Virus record (IMG/VR): IMGVR_UViG_3300042351_000809
Reading direction: 5' to 3' (one strand)
Source of the DNA: a virus
DNA length: 64,000 nt
Part shown: piece after piece, positions 37,901 through 47,084 of the stretch
How the letters are laid out: every line of letters starts with the position of its first letter
How positions within the stretch are numbered: the first letter of the stretch is position 1
Made by a program: the position numbers and the translations under genes
The notes under the pieces: model-generated
The model's input: only the letters and a program-made list of their open reading frames with translations
Told to the model about the DNA's origin: nothing
The model's database searches: none

Positions 37901-40419
37901 CAGTAATTAGCAGAAGTATTTGCGTAATCTCTTCCAATATAAATATCAAAAACTGTATTACTTAAACTCTTATCGGCATTTAAACTAAAATCAAGATTAG
38001 AAGTAGCAAAGTTCAAATTATAACTACTTCCAGATAAATTAATTGGTGCCCCATTCAATAATATCTTTCCACTAATACTGCTTCTATTAAAGTAACTCTT
38101 GCAAATGGAAAGTCGATTCCAGTCGTTTGTATTTATTTGTCCAGAAAAGCTTGAATTAAATCCATCCCAATCAATACCAGATACGACTAATTGATTAGAA
38201 GTGACAAAGACATTTAATCCACTTTGACTACCTATCAAGAATTTTTTATCTGAAGAAGAAAAACTAGCCAATGGTCTAAAGTCTAATTCCACTGCGAAAG
38301 TGTTTCCATAACTTAAAGGAATGTTTGGAGATCGACCAGTAATAGAAAACTTAATGTATGGTCCGGGGCTTCCAGAAAACAAGAAGCTTCTGTCATCATA
38401 TTTTGATGTGTTATTACTTATCCTTACGGAGTTAGAAATAGTTAAATCTTTTGTATTTCTAAAAGTTGATTGATAAGAGTAACTATTTGAATTTTCAGTG
38501 GCTTCAATTAGTGAATTAGCGTCTCCAGTGTCTTGAAAAAGAATTTGCGTTTCTGGATACATATTGTGACCAATGATTTCTACTGAACCGCCAATGTAAT
38601 TTTCAAATGTAGAAACATTTTTTATCATTGGATCTGCTTTTATTATTTCAAAATTCTTAAACAAGAAGTCTCTTCCTCCAGAATTTTTTATCGTAATATC
38701 GTAGCATCCAGCATCAGCATTTGTACCAGTGAAAGTTAAACTAGAACCAACAGAGTTTTTTACAAAAGCAGAAATTGAGAAGACCTTGTTGTAAAGCCCA
38801 TAATTGTAGTCTTCTACATAACCAGATATTTCTCTAATCTTAGATAATTGAGTCCTATCTCCTCTATAATCATAATCAGAATAATTACCTTGCAGCAATA
38901 TAACTGTATTTTGAGTATCAAATAATCCAGAACCAGTCATTACTTGACCAATAGAACTATATAATCCAGCACCTTTAATAATTCTGAAATCTTCTATATA
39001 TCCAGAAAATGGATTTACTCCATAAGCTCCATAAGAACCCGTATTATGAGTTCCAATAAATAAACCACTACCCGCTGTTATTGCATAAGGAGTTCCAGTA
39101 GAAACAGTAGAATAAGATTGTCTATTAGTGCCACTTATTGCCACAAATGTATCACCATTTGCAGAAGTTCTAGATATTATTACTTTTGTCCATTGATTTG
39201 CTGGTATCAAAGAAGTTGCAATATTTGCTTTAGCTGCATTACTAGCGTAAAATGTCCAATTAGTACTTCCAGCAGCTTTATAAAAATAAAAACCATTTCC
39301 ATCCCATCCCATATCTTGGAACATATCAATTCTTGGGGTTGAAGTGTATGGCAATGGATTAACTGAAAATTCTATAGTAAATGGATTTACTCCAAAACTA
39401 AAATCACCACCAGAAGGAGAAGGAATTTGTAAATAAGAATTCCCACTAAACAACAAAGATCTACCAAAAAGCCCAACTTGAGAACTTCTAACTCCGCTAT
39501 TTAATATAGTTTTTGGTTGTCTATAGTTTAGTCCGCTTAGAGTAATCCCAGTAGCGTAATTAAAGTTTTTACCGATAGCAACATTAGATTGTCCAGAATT
39601 TAAATAGTAATTTAAAGCATTAAATACAACAGGAGCTTTAAGAACAGTTATTTGACTTCTGGAAGTGAAAGTAGTATCATCTTTTGAATTTATTGTTACA
39701 AATCCAGCATTAGCATTTACAGGAACAACGCCCGAAATAATATCTCCACCTCCAGTAAAAGGAGCAGTCACAAATCCAGTAACTCCATTGTCTACAGAAG
39801 TAGTAAAGTTGACAGGGAAGTAGCTTTGATTTACATAAGACAAGTTAAAATTATTTCCAGATATTCTAAGTACGTCTCCTTCATATGGCAGATTATCGCT
39901 AAATCCACTTATATAAATGCGACCATAGAAATTAAAATCACTAGCTGCGGAAACTATTCCAGTATTATTGTAACCGCTAACTCTAATTGGACCTGTTGTA
40001 TAACCACTTGGAACCTTAACTAATAGAACGCCACTATCTGGTTGATAAGAGATATTTGTTCCAGTGATATTATTAAAGGATACATATTGTACGCCACTTA
40101 ATGATTTTCCACTTACTGCAACAAATTGACCAACCTCTTGTGTTTGTGGTATTATGGCATCTAATCTTGGTATTGGAAAAAAGTCTACTCCACTTACATA
40201 CATTGGAGAAGAAACTGAAGTTCCAGTAATAAAATAAAATTTAGCCTGACCAAAGGCTATGTTTTCTGGAACGTTAAATTCGATATACTCTGGCGAAGCA
40301 TCGTAATAAGAAAAATCAATGAAGCCAGCACCGGGAAGCTGCAATCCGCTTACTGCATAAAGACCCGCGCCCGTGACGCGCATCTTTTGATTTATTAAAC
40401 CTGTATTGTAGCTTGGCAT
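34909..40419 (-). CDS. large virion fibre/adhesin with IPT/TIG repeats and two LamG-like domains
   Basis: 1836 aa, S/G/T/N-rich; repeated P....G..ITL.G.N units; FTIEF...FSGYIEDFRI and FAVEL...WSGYIDEVRV LamG signatures. Confidence 0.75.
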   Translation of the reverse strand: MPSYNTGLINQKMRVTGAGLYAVSGLQLPGAGFIDFSYYDASPEYIEFNVPENIAFGQAKFYFITGTSVSSPMYVSGVDFFPIPRLDAIIPQTQEVGQFVAVSGKSLSGVQYVSFNNITGTNISYQPDSGVLLVKVPSGYTTGPIRVSGYNNTGIVSAASDFNFYGRIYISGFSDNLPYEGDVLRISGNNFNLSYVNQSYFPVNFTTSVDNGVTGFVTAPFTGGGDIISGVVPVNANAGFVTINSKDDTTFTSRSQITVLKAPVVFNALNYYLNSGQSNVAIGKNFNYATGITLSGLNYRQPKTILNSGVRSSQVGLFGRSLLFSGNSYLQIPSPSGGDFSFGVNPFTIEFSVNPLPYTSTPRIDMFQDMGWDGNGFYFYKAAGSTNWTFYASNAAKANIATSLIPANQWTKVIISRTSANGDTFVAISGTNRQSYSTVSTGTPYAITAGSGLFIGTHNTGSYGAYGVNPFSGYIEDFRIIKGAGLYSSIGQVMTGSGLFDTQNTVILLQGNYSDYDYRGDRTQLSKIREISGYVEDYNYGLYNKVFSISAFVKNSVGSSLTFTGTNADAGCYDITIKNSGGRDFLFKNFEIIKADPMIKNVSTFENYIGGSVEIIGHNMYPETQILFQDTGDANSLIEATENSNSYSYQSTFRNTKDLTISNSVRISNNTSKYDDRSFLFSGSPGPYIKFSITGRSPNIPLSYGNTFAVELDFRPLASFSSSDKKFLIGSQSGLNVFVTSNQLVVSGIDWDGFNSSFSGQINTNDWNRLSICKSYFNRSSISGKILLNGAPINLSGSSYNLNFATSNLDFSLNADKSLSNTVFDIYIGRDYANTSANYWSGYIDEVRVVRENPYQYSNFAPIRRARNNSNTEVLIHANAGLIDDNVRTFGYLSLNTPNLSSTRKTNLVLDNTYSRITGGFDKQFTFLKTPTITGIYPALLTQGQPATGYGSDIYYVGSINIGSYPVSNYTISQDGSEFSQRIVFTVPDFAQSGDSLSINSNYYNYTYPSGLPIASGTLVVDGFSPITGATNTLITLSGKFLNTVTSIELGRQDGAYKVITAFRRQSISGLSFYIPQVYDIADGPMVVNGSARVTTTDSLTFVNPIISKIIPTSAYFNDSITLSGSNLSNLDFYGIGFNNEIIKYPHVIAPSSTGALIRVPRDVKKGVFRFFTSGTTAEIKGFSPSFNPSTTVSGSNADTYRTRDIILVTGINAHNFQTRDLYISGFNNLTNKTGQYLISQAMSVADISTLSGLAQPYTGYSILSGNLNIVSDVSSQIPDLGLLLSGSDTIGIGTTVSSNSYITLDGYVGSGQIFFQRNSFDADNMYKTITIKAPSISTSPLNILTGTYRSLITLTGENLNYVTGIKFEGVGTLARGASGAIATSFPYLAANYKSGITVVTDSRDLNSSVIYKDYGQLKFYPPSMAGKNLHGKDVEDIRPISGMFYLQTYLGEEYPVTGNFNYIPFISINDAYLNNNLTYRLDGTTQVSGWDGSVITFNGEGVRYLTGVNFFTKVNGVIVENFPTVFQFNKKRAKIDFYNAPGGIITGYSIISGGAGYTATSIGMNLATSAGGTPTINAIVSFMPPYVGQVTGIDILFNPTAPTQDFWTGNNAIVPLPSSGFILRNPPSNLIFSGDNFATQSGDGSKYYAYYSPSVTFPLDNGFVVGEKLDMRLANYGAVYETNDQPFLTIQNPNNFARIADIILTGSQYVGENNLTVGYDEIYSNNDADFNDIDVQLKTSILYPTGYNGKRFMLTTTKPSKNGRYLRVDFSTKIPATGDYVNPNDPIDSKYLKLRIETINSQASLFKGLGTVSSSNKIFAGSVGAGSSSPGIGTS

Positions 40420-40420
40420 A

Positions 40421-41500
40421 TTATAATCCTTGAAACTGCGTAGATAATCTTATATCATTAACAGATACACTTGTTTTAAAGTTAAAAATAGAAGAAGAAG
40501 TCGTCTCTTCTGTCTCTATGAAAATAGCAGCAGCACCTTTTAATGATGTGGGCGCAACTGCCGTAAGTGAAGAAGTAGAAACTGGAGTAAAAGAAGCTGC
40601 CTCTACATTTCCAAAAAGAATCCTTTTAACGTTTATAAAATTACTTCCATTTATTGTAACGGTAGCTCCGGGCAATATAACTCTTGGAGTGAAATCAGTT
40701 ATTGCTGGCCTAAAATGTGAGAAGTCTTGTTTTAAAGAGAACTCAGATCTTATGTATCCTTGAGACTCAACAGAAGATCTTTTAGAGGAAATTATTCCCG
40801 CAAAAGACAATGTATCAAGAGGAACTGCTCCTGTTTGAAGCGAAATATAAAAGTCGCAAGGAACTCCAGAATATGGGAGAGAAACGTTAAAGTTATCTAT
40901 CTCAAAAGAAACCGATTGAGACCTCTTTCCAAGATAAGCTCTGCCGCTTTGGTCAAAAGTAGAAGCTCCTTCTTTATTGTACTTCTGAACCTCTCTTTGG
41001 TATTGATAGCTAAAATTTGTAAAATTATAACCGTTAGAATCAAAAGCAGTACCATCTAGATTTCCAGACAGATAAAAATTTGAAAAATTTAACGGCGTAA
41101 TTTCTGGCAGATTGGCCGGGGTAGTAGGAGAAAAAGAGCCTTTTAATGTTTCAAAAACTTTAAGCTCAAGATCTACTTTAGCTAAAGAATCTGGAGACCC
41201 TTTTATAGAATAGCTTGTAACGTAACCACTTTGGAAATATAGGCCACAAAAATTTCCAGAAATACCCTGTTCAGAATTTGCGCCTAAAAGATATTCCTTA
41301 ACGAAATCTTTCCCAGTTAAATAATAAGAAATAGAAAAACTTGTATCTACTGTATCTTCTGGAGAATATGTATAAGAGTTCTTTTTAAATTCTTCATTAT
41401 AAACAGGAGTGTTACTTGAATCAAGAGACATATTTACATTAGTGGCTAGTATGTCTACGCCACTTAGCTTAAATGTGCAATTTTTATAGTTGAAAAACAT
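40421..41500 (-). CDS. tail tube-like protein with C-terminal IPT/TIG domain
   Basis: Beta-rich, similar pattern to the next two genes; ITDFTP....GATVTINGSNF Ig-like end. Confidence 0.5.
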   Translation of the reverse strand: MFFNYKNCTFKLSGVDILATNVNMSLDSSNTPVYNEEFKKNSYTYSPEDTVDTSFSISYYLTGKDFVKEYLLGANSEQGISGNFCGLYFQSGYVTSYSIKGSPDSLAKVDLELKVFETLKGSFSPTTPANLPEITPLNFSNFYLSGNLDGTAFDSNGYNFTNFSYQYQREVQKYNKEGASTFDQSGRAYLGKRSQSVSFEIDNFNVSLPYSGVPCDFYISLQTGAVPLDTLSFAGIISSKRSSVESQGYIRSEFSLKQDFSHFRPAITDFTPRVILPGATVTINGSNFINVKRILFGNVEAASFTPVSTSSLTAVAPTSLKGAAAIFIETEETTSSSIFNFKTSVSVNDIRLSTQFQGL

Positions 41501-42304
41501 TTAGAAACTCCTTTTTAATGATATTTTATTTTTAGCGAAATCGTCAATATTAATTGATAGATTAGAAGAGTCAATCTTGCTTCCTGAAGTGTTGATAATC
41601 ATTATTGATTGACCGCCAAAAGTAGTTATGTTTATCTTAGCATTTTCTGCTGTTGATAAGTCTGCATTAGAGAAATTTGAATTAAAATTTTCTACAGTAA
41701 AATCAAACGTTTCTTCTCCAGCGGACAAATCAACTTGTCTTGGCCTTTGTTGACCGACTGAATAAATTGGATTCCAGTTGATAGAGATGCCGTAGTTGAA
41801 GTCTAAAACATTATAAAGAGCGGCTGTTCCTGAGACTTTAGCATTCCACGAATGAGCTATGCCTGATCCACTGGCTAAATTATTAATTGCAGTTTTGTCA
41901 TTAAGACTTCCAGAAAGATTAGAAAAACTAGAAAGAGAAACAGAAGCTTGCACTTTTGAATTAGGATTTACTGTTAATGAATACCTAGAAGGATAAAAAG
42001 ACCCACTTACCCCTGCCAAAACAACCTGAACAGGAACAACTGCTTCAGGAAAGCTGCCAGTAAAAATCCCTGTTTTTATATAATCAAAGCATTTATATAT
42101 AGGATCAGAGATATTTGGAAAATAAGTAAACTCAACATTAGTCTCATCTGCTTTAGTTTTAAACATCTGAGATGAGTTTTGTCTTCCGATTACATAAGTA
42201 GAATTTATACTTCTATTTACTCCAATAGAAGTATTCTGAGCCAGAACTAGTCCTGACCCAAAACGCGAATTAAATACTACTTCACACTCATTAAAATATT
42301 TCAT
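41501..42304 (-). CDS. tail tube-like virion protein
   Basis: Beta-rich with internal duplication (INSTYVIG / WNPIYSVG). Confidence 0.45.
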   Translation of the reverse strand: MKYFNECEVVFNSRFGSGLVLAQNTSIGVNRSINSTYVIGRQNSSQMFKTKADETNVEFTYFPNISDPIYKCFDYIKTGIFTGSFPEAVVPVQVVLAGVSGSFYPSRYSLTVNPNSKVQASVSLSSFSNLSGSLNDKTAINNLASGSGIAHSWNAKVSGTAALYNVLDFNYGISINWNPIYSVGQQRPRQVDLSAGEETFDFTVENFNSNFSNADLSTAENAKINITTFGGQSIMIINTSGSKIDSSNLSINIDDFAKNKISLKRSF

Positions 42305-42313
42305 CCTTTTGCC

Positions 42314-43132
42314 TTATTTCAGATAACCTCTATACCTTACCGTTATTCCTACAGGAGAATTTACACTAGCGGAGAAGTCTTCGGAAACATCAATGAAATA
42401 ACATAATGAATTTCCAAAATTAAAATTTACTGAATTACCATTAAAATCTTTAGTGTTAATGTAAAAATTACTTATATTTTTTAAGTTATAAGATAAATCA
42501 GACAGCTTTTGAAGCACATAATTGTCCTGAGCTATATTAAAATCACAACTCACTTCAAGAGGATAAATGCTTTTAACGGAAAAAGGAGTAGAAGAGCCTA
42601 GGTAATAACTTGGATTTCTATTAATTCCAATACTTAGATTAAAAGAATTAACTCTATTCGTTGCGAAATCATTTATTCCTATATCAATAGTGTTTGAGTT
42701 CACCAAGGCTGTTGAGCTAGTTTGATTAAAAGAACCCGCCGAAGAAATTGAACCAGCATCATTAAAAATTTGAAAATCTGCTCTAACAGTAGGAACTTCT
42801 CCGATTTGGGCACCACAAGTATAAGAAGTTAAATATCCACTTTGAAATCCAAATAATATATTAGAACTAGGATTAGTCTTCTTAGTTACGAAGCCATAAT
42901 TTCCAGCCTCACCTGTGCAACCAAGAAAATCATTAGACGTTGTTAATAAACTAGTTACAGACAAATTGGCAGTCTTTGCTCCTTCTGGAGTGTAAAAGCT
43001 GCTATTCATACCAAGATATTTGGTATGTTGAACTGGCATTTGATAGGAAGCCTGAATGTCCTGAACGCCATGAACTTGGCTTTGATTCAAGTAAAAATCC
43101 AAGTTCTGCTTATTTAGTCGAGATAATGCCAT
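42314..43132 (-). CDS. tail tube-like virion protein
   Basis: GVQ.I..SY, FQSGYLTSY (shared with 40421..41500), NRNPSYYLG. Confidence 0.45.
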   Translation of the reverse strand: MALSRLNKQNLDFYLNQSQVHGVQDIQASYQMPVQHTKYLGMNSSFYTPEGAKTANLSVTSLLTTSNDFLGCTGEAGNYGFVTKKTNPSSNILFGFQSGYLTSYTCGAQIGEVPTVRADFQIFNDAGSISSAGSFNQTSSTALVNSNTIDIGINDFATNRVNSFNLSIGINRNPSYYLGSSTPFSVKSIYPLEVSCDFNIAQDNYVLQKLSDLSYNLKNISNFYINTKDFNGNSVNFNFGNSLCYFIDVSEDFSASVNSPVGITVRYRGYLK

Positions 43133-43145
43133 CTTATTTTATTAT

Positions 43146-43163
43146 TTACACAAAAAAGTGTAA
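43146..43163. promoter_or_regulatory. divergent pair of GTGTAA motifs between the two tail operons
   Basis: TTACAC(43146-43151)-AAAAAA-GTGTAA(43158-43163), each facing its gene cluster. Confidence 0.6.
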
Positions 43164-43189
43164 TAATAAGTTGGTAAAAGGTAAAAGGT

Positions 43190-43744
43190 ATGTCTAGTTC
43201 AATTTTTAATATTAGCTCATGGAGCAATTCTGTCGCATACAATAAGCATGACATTATTGTGTATACAGATAATCGATACTATTATGCCAAAGCTGGCGTA
43301 CCCACAAATAATCCTCCAGTCTATTCTAACGTAATCTCTAATACTGATGCTTACTGGGGAGGATATTTTCAACACCCAGTCGTCAAGAAAGACTACCCTT
43401 TGTTTATTTGGAAGCCTTCTTATCAAACTCAAGCAAATTTTGATCCCAAAGTTAATGTAATAAAATACGGAGATGGATACGAAAAGAGAGTTAGCGATCA
43501 AATAAACTTTAATCTTCTTAATTTTGAATTGAACTTTGATGGATTAACTCTAGATGAATGTACTGCGATACTGCACTTTTTAAGTGCTAGATCTGCGAAA
43601 ACAGCTTTCATTTACTACCCATCTGCGCCTTATTCGGTTGCGTCAACCGATGCCAAACTATTTGTTTGTAGAAGATGGAGTTCATCTAATCCATTTTTTA
43701 ATAACTTTTCCATAAAGGCTACGTTCGAAGAAGTACCAGCATAA
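43190..43744 (+). CDS. minor tail protein, lambda gpM-like (distal tail)
   Basis: F.WKPSY...KYGDGYE.R....IN, I..FL, ATFEEV. Confidence 0.85.
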   Translation: MSSSIFNISSWSNSVAYNKHDIIVYTDNRYYYAKAGVPTNNPPVYSNVISNTDAYWGGYFQHPVVKKDYPLFIWKPSYQTQANFDPKVNVIKYGDGYEKRVSDQINFNLLNFELNFDGLTLDECTAILHFLSARSAKTAFIYYPSAPYSVASTDAKLFVCRRWSSSNPFFNNFSIKATFEEVPA

Positions 43745-43748
43745 TCCT

Positions 43749-44870
43749 ATGGCTACTCAACAAGACAAAGATTCATCTTTAAAAGTAAACAGAGAGTTCT
43801 TTTCTCTTGAGCCTTCTTCGATAATTTCTTTATTTGAAGTGGACTTAACTGAAATTGGATTTGATACTGCTTCTCAGTTTGTAGTTAATATTAAGAATTT
43901 TCAAATATCATTGCCGGGAGCAGAAACTGGTGTTTTTAATTATAGGGTAATTCGCCTCCACAATAATTTAAAGCTTGGAAGGAATATTATTTATTGGAAA
44001 GGAAATGCGTATCTACCCGCTCCACTTTCTACAGAGGGTTTTGAAATAGCTTCAAGAGGCGTATTTCCTAAGCCTAAAGTTCAGATCAGTTTTTCTGATG
44101 ATATGCTTGATGTGTTTAGCTTATTTAGAGGAACTGTTAATTTTGGAGATTTAATTGGAGCTAAGTTTACTAGAATTAGAACATTTGCTAAATTTCTTGA
44201 CAGATCAAATTTCTATCAAAACGACGGAACCTCTCCCCTGTCGCCAGATAGACTTATAATACCAGAAGGATTTGATCCTGATCCTAATTGCGAATTTCCT
44301 AGAGATATTTATTATTTTGACAGAAAATCTTCTGAAAACAAAAATAGTATTCAATTTGAGCTATCAAGTGCTATAGATCTAGACAGAGCCAAACTTCCTA
44401 AACGAAGAGTATTAAGTTATATTTGTCCTTGGCAATATAGAGGAGAAGGCTGTCTCTATGAATATAAAGAAAAACTAACTGAAGATACTCATGGCACTAT
44501 AACTCCAATACCAAATAAAAGCGATTCTACTGGAGAAAAAGCTCCTGTTTGCGCCACTGAAGACGACCAAATAATCTCAAAGATGCCAATTTTTTCTGGC
44601 ACAACTGTAGGAACCAATAAAATAGAATCTTGGAAACTCTCAACAACTTATAACAAAGGCGACGTAGTAGTTATTAATAAGAAAAATATTAATTTCTATT
44701 TTGTTGCCAAGACAAACGTTCCCATGAATATCCCTCCTCCAAATGGACAATACTGGATAGCTGACCAATGCTCTAAGAGTATAAAAGGATGTAAGATTAG
44801 ATTTGGAGAAAATGCTTTACCTTTTGGCGGATTCTATGGAGTATCTAATTACAATAGAGGAGCATTGTAA
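43749..44870 (+). CDS. minor tail protein, lambda gpL-like
   Basis: ISLFEVDL, RIRTFAKFLD, FELSS..D, CPWQYRGEGC, D.CSK...GCK.RF, PFGGF. Confidence 0.9.
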   Translation: MATQQDKDSSLKVNREFFSLEPSSIISLFEVDLTEIGFDTASQFVVNIKNFQISLPGAETGVFNYRVIRLHNNLKLGRNIIYWKGNAYLPAPLSTEGFEIASRGVFPKPKVQISFSDDMLDVFSLFRGTVNFGDLIGAKFTRIRTFAKFLDRSNFYQNDGTSPLSPDRLIIPEGFDPDPNCEFPRDIYYFDRKSSENKNSIQFELSSAIDLDRAKLPKRRVLSYICPWQYRGEGCLYEYKEKLTEDTHGTITPIPNKSDSTGEKAPVCATEDDQIISKMPIFSGTTVGTNKIESWKLSTTYNKGDVVVINKKNINFYFVAKTNVPMNIPPPNGQYWIADQCSKSIKGCKIRFGENALPFGGFYGVSNYNRGAL

Positions 44871-45628
44871 TGGTTTCGGATGAAATAAAAGCAAAAATAA
44901 AAGAACACGCGCTAAAGGAAAATCCTGAAGAATGCTGCGGTCTTTTAGTGCTGAATAGAAAAAATATCCTAGAAGCATTTCCATGCAGGAATGTCGCTCA
45001 AGATAAAGAAAATGAATTCATTGTATGTCAAATGGATTACTTGAAAGCAACGATGAATGGCAGAATTACTGGAATTTATCATTCACATTGCATACAAAAT
45101 AACTCTTTTTCAGAATTAGACAAACAAATAAGTCATAAGCTTAATCTAAAGAATGTAGTCTATATACTAAAAAAAGACTCTTTTGAAGAATATTCTCCAG
45201 AAAACTACTATAATAAATACATAAATAAAAACTTTGTTATAAATCAATCTGACTGTTTATCAATAGTAGAAAATTACTATAATGAAGAATTTGGAGTTAA
45301 GATTTTTCATTACGAAAGAGGTGCAGATTGGGACAAAAACTATCCAGAATTTGTTAAAAACAAGTTGACTGCGTTTTGTGAATCAGATGACTTTGATAAG
45401 TTTTTTGAAAAAGAAAACTTTATTAAAATAGAAGGCATAGAAAACGCTAAAAAACATGATATTATTGTATTCAAGTATTTAGACAACTATCCTTCTCATT
45501 TTGGTATTTACCTTGAACAAGGTTATATCCTACATCAACCAAGAAATAAAAAGTCAGTAATAGAAAAACTAACAGACGCAGAGAAGAGAAGAATCTATTG
45601 TTTTGCAAGGAGTAAACAATTATGCTAA
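44870..45628 (+). CDS. tail assembly protein gpK-like (JAB + NlpC/P60), copy 1
   Basis: PEECCG, YHSH....FS..D; DCL..V..YY, HFGIYL, ILH. Confidence 0.85.
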   Translation: MVSDEIKAKIKEHALKENPEECCGLLVLNRKNILEAFPCRNVAQDKENEFIVCQMDYLKATMNGRITGIYHSHCIQNNSFSELDKQISHKLNLKNVVYILKKDSFEEYSPENYYNKYINKNFVINQSDCLSIVENYYNEEFGVKIFHYERGADWDKNYPEFVKNKLTAFCESDDFDKFFEKENFIKIEGIENAKKHDIIVFKYLDNYPSHFGIYLEQGYILHQPRNKKSVIEKLTDAEKRRIYCFARSKQLC

Positions 45629-46368
45629 CAGAAGAGCTTAAAAATAAAATCATAGAACACGCTAATACTTCTAATAATGAAGTATGTGGCGTTTTAGTAC
45701 ATACAGATAATGGACTAGAGGTACAAAAGAAAGATAATCTCATTAATTCAGCTACTGAATTTGCGATGGATATTTATAGCCAGTCTAATTTTGCGGCTTA
45801 TTATCATTCCCATATTAATTTTGATTCTATTTCTGACGCAGATATAATTGTTTCGGAAAGACTAGGTTTGCCTTGTATAGTTTATAATAAACAGAGCGGG
45901 ACTTTCCATATCTATTATCCCAATGGATACAAAATTCAATACACTAAAAGACCTTTTCTTTTAGGATTTGCTGATTGCCTTTGGTTAGTAAAAGATTATT
46001 TCTGCCATGATTTAAATATCCATCTATGCCCAGAATTAGAAGTTCTAAAAGAGTCTGTATCTGAAGAAGAATACAATGAAATGGCGACCAAGAGGTTTAT
46101 AGATGAAGCTGATGCGTTAAAAGAAAAAGATGATTACTTAAAGAGGTATTTTGAATACAACGGATTTAAAGAAGTTTTTAATTTTAAAAAGAATGACGTT
46201 CTAATAATGAAAACAAAAGCTTGTAATTTTCCAATACATTGTGCTGTTTATCTTGGAGAAGACACTATTTTGCATCACCCCGGAAATAAGTATTCTCTTG
46301 TCGAAAAGCTTTCTAACCAACACAAAAAATGGGTAATTCATATAATGAGGCATCACCTTTATGACTAG
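45622..46368 (+). CDS. tail assembly protein gpK-like (JAB + NlpC/P60), copy 2
   Basis: EVCG, YHSH....S.AD; RPFLLG..DC..LVKDYF, HCAVYLG, ILHH. Confidence 0.85.
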   Translation: MLTEELKNKIIEHANTSNNEVCGVLVHTDNGLEVQKKDNLINSATEFAMDIYSQSNFAAYYHSHINFDSISDADIIVSERLGLPCIVYNKQSGTFHIYYPNGYKIQYTKRPFLLGFADCLWLVKDYFCHDLNIHLCPELEVLKESVSEEEYNEMATKRFIDEADALKEKDDYLKRYFEYNGFKEVFNFKKNDVLIMKTKACNFPIHCAVYLGEDTILHHPGNKYSLVEKLSNQHKKWVIHIMRHHLYD

Positions 46369-47083
46369 TATTACCTTACACGGAGAAATAGCAGAACAAG
46401 TAGGAAGAGAAAGTTGGAATTTAAAAGTAAATTCCATAAAGGAAGCATTGCGAGCTATTCAGGTCTTGTCTAAAGGTAAGCTCTTAAAATATCTAATAGG
46501 AGCAGCAGAAAAAAGCGTAGAATATAAAGTCATTGTTAACAAAAGAGAAATAATGAATCCAGAAAGCATTTCTCTAGAGAAGCCAGATTCTATTATTAAT
46601 TCTGAATTAGTGATGATTAATGAAAAGCTAGAAACTTTAGATATCGTTCCAATTATTAGGGGTGCTGGTGGCGGTGGAAATAACACAACAAAAGGAGTCT
46701 TAGCTTTAGTTCTTGGCGTTTTATTAATAGCTACAGGCGTTTTTGCGCCAGTTGGATTTGGGCTTGGATTATCTGCTACAGCAAGCGCAACTTTGTCAGG
46801 AGCATTAATTGGAGCAGGTATAGGATTAGCCGTAACAGGTGTTACGTTATTAATGATGTCACCTCCAAAATTTGATGATTTTAGAAAAATCCAAGAAGAT
46901 GGCAGCAAGCCAAACTACTTATTTGATGGACCTTCTAACATTCTTGGAGAAGGCGGTCCAGTTCCAATTGGTTATGGCAGAATGAAAATAGGATCTCAGA
47001 CAGTTGAAATATCTGTCAATAATATTGAACTAGATAATAAATCAACGGCAGCAGACGTAAAAGACCAAATAAATAATATATAA
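46361..47083 (+). CDS. tail assembly protein gpI-like (ubiquitin-like N-domain)
   Basis: ITLHGEI, EALRAI, IVPIIRGAGGGG, hydrophobic Gly-rich segment, YLFDGP.N...G.PVP.GYG. Confidence 0.88.
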   Translation: MTSITLHGEIAEQVGRESWNLKVNSIKEALRAIQVLSKGKLLKYLIGAAEKSVEYKVIVNKREIMNPESISLEKPDSIINSELVMINEKLETLDIVPIIRGAGGGGNNTTKGVLALVLGVLLIATGVFAPVGFGLGLSATASATLSGALIGAGIGLAVTGVTLLMMSPPKFDDFRKIQEDGSKPNYLFDGPSNILGEGGPVPIGYGRMKIGSQTVEISVNNIELDNKSTAADVKDQINNI

Positions 47084-47084
47084 A

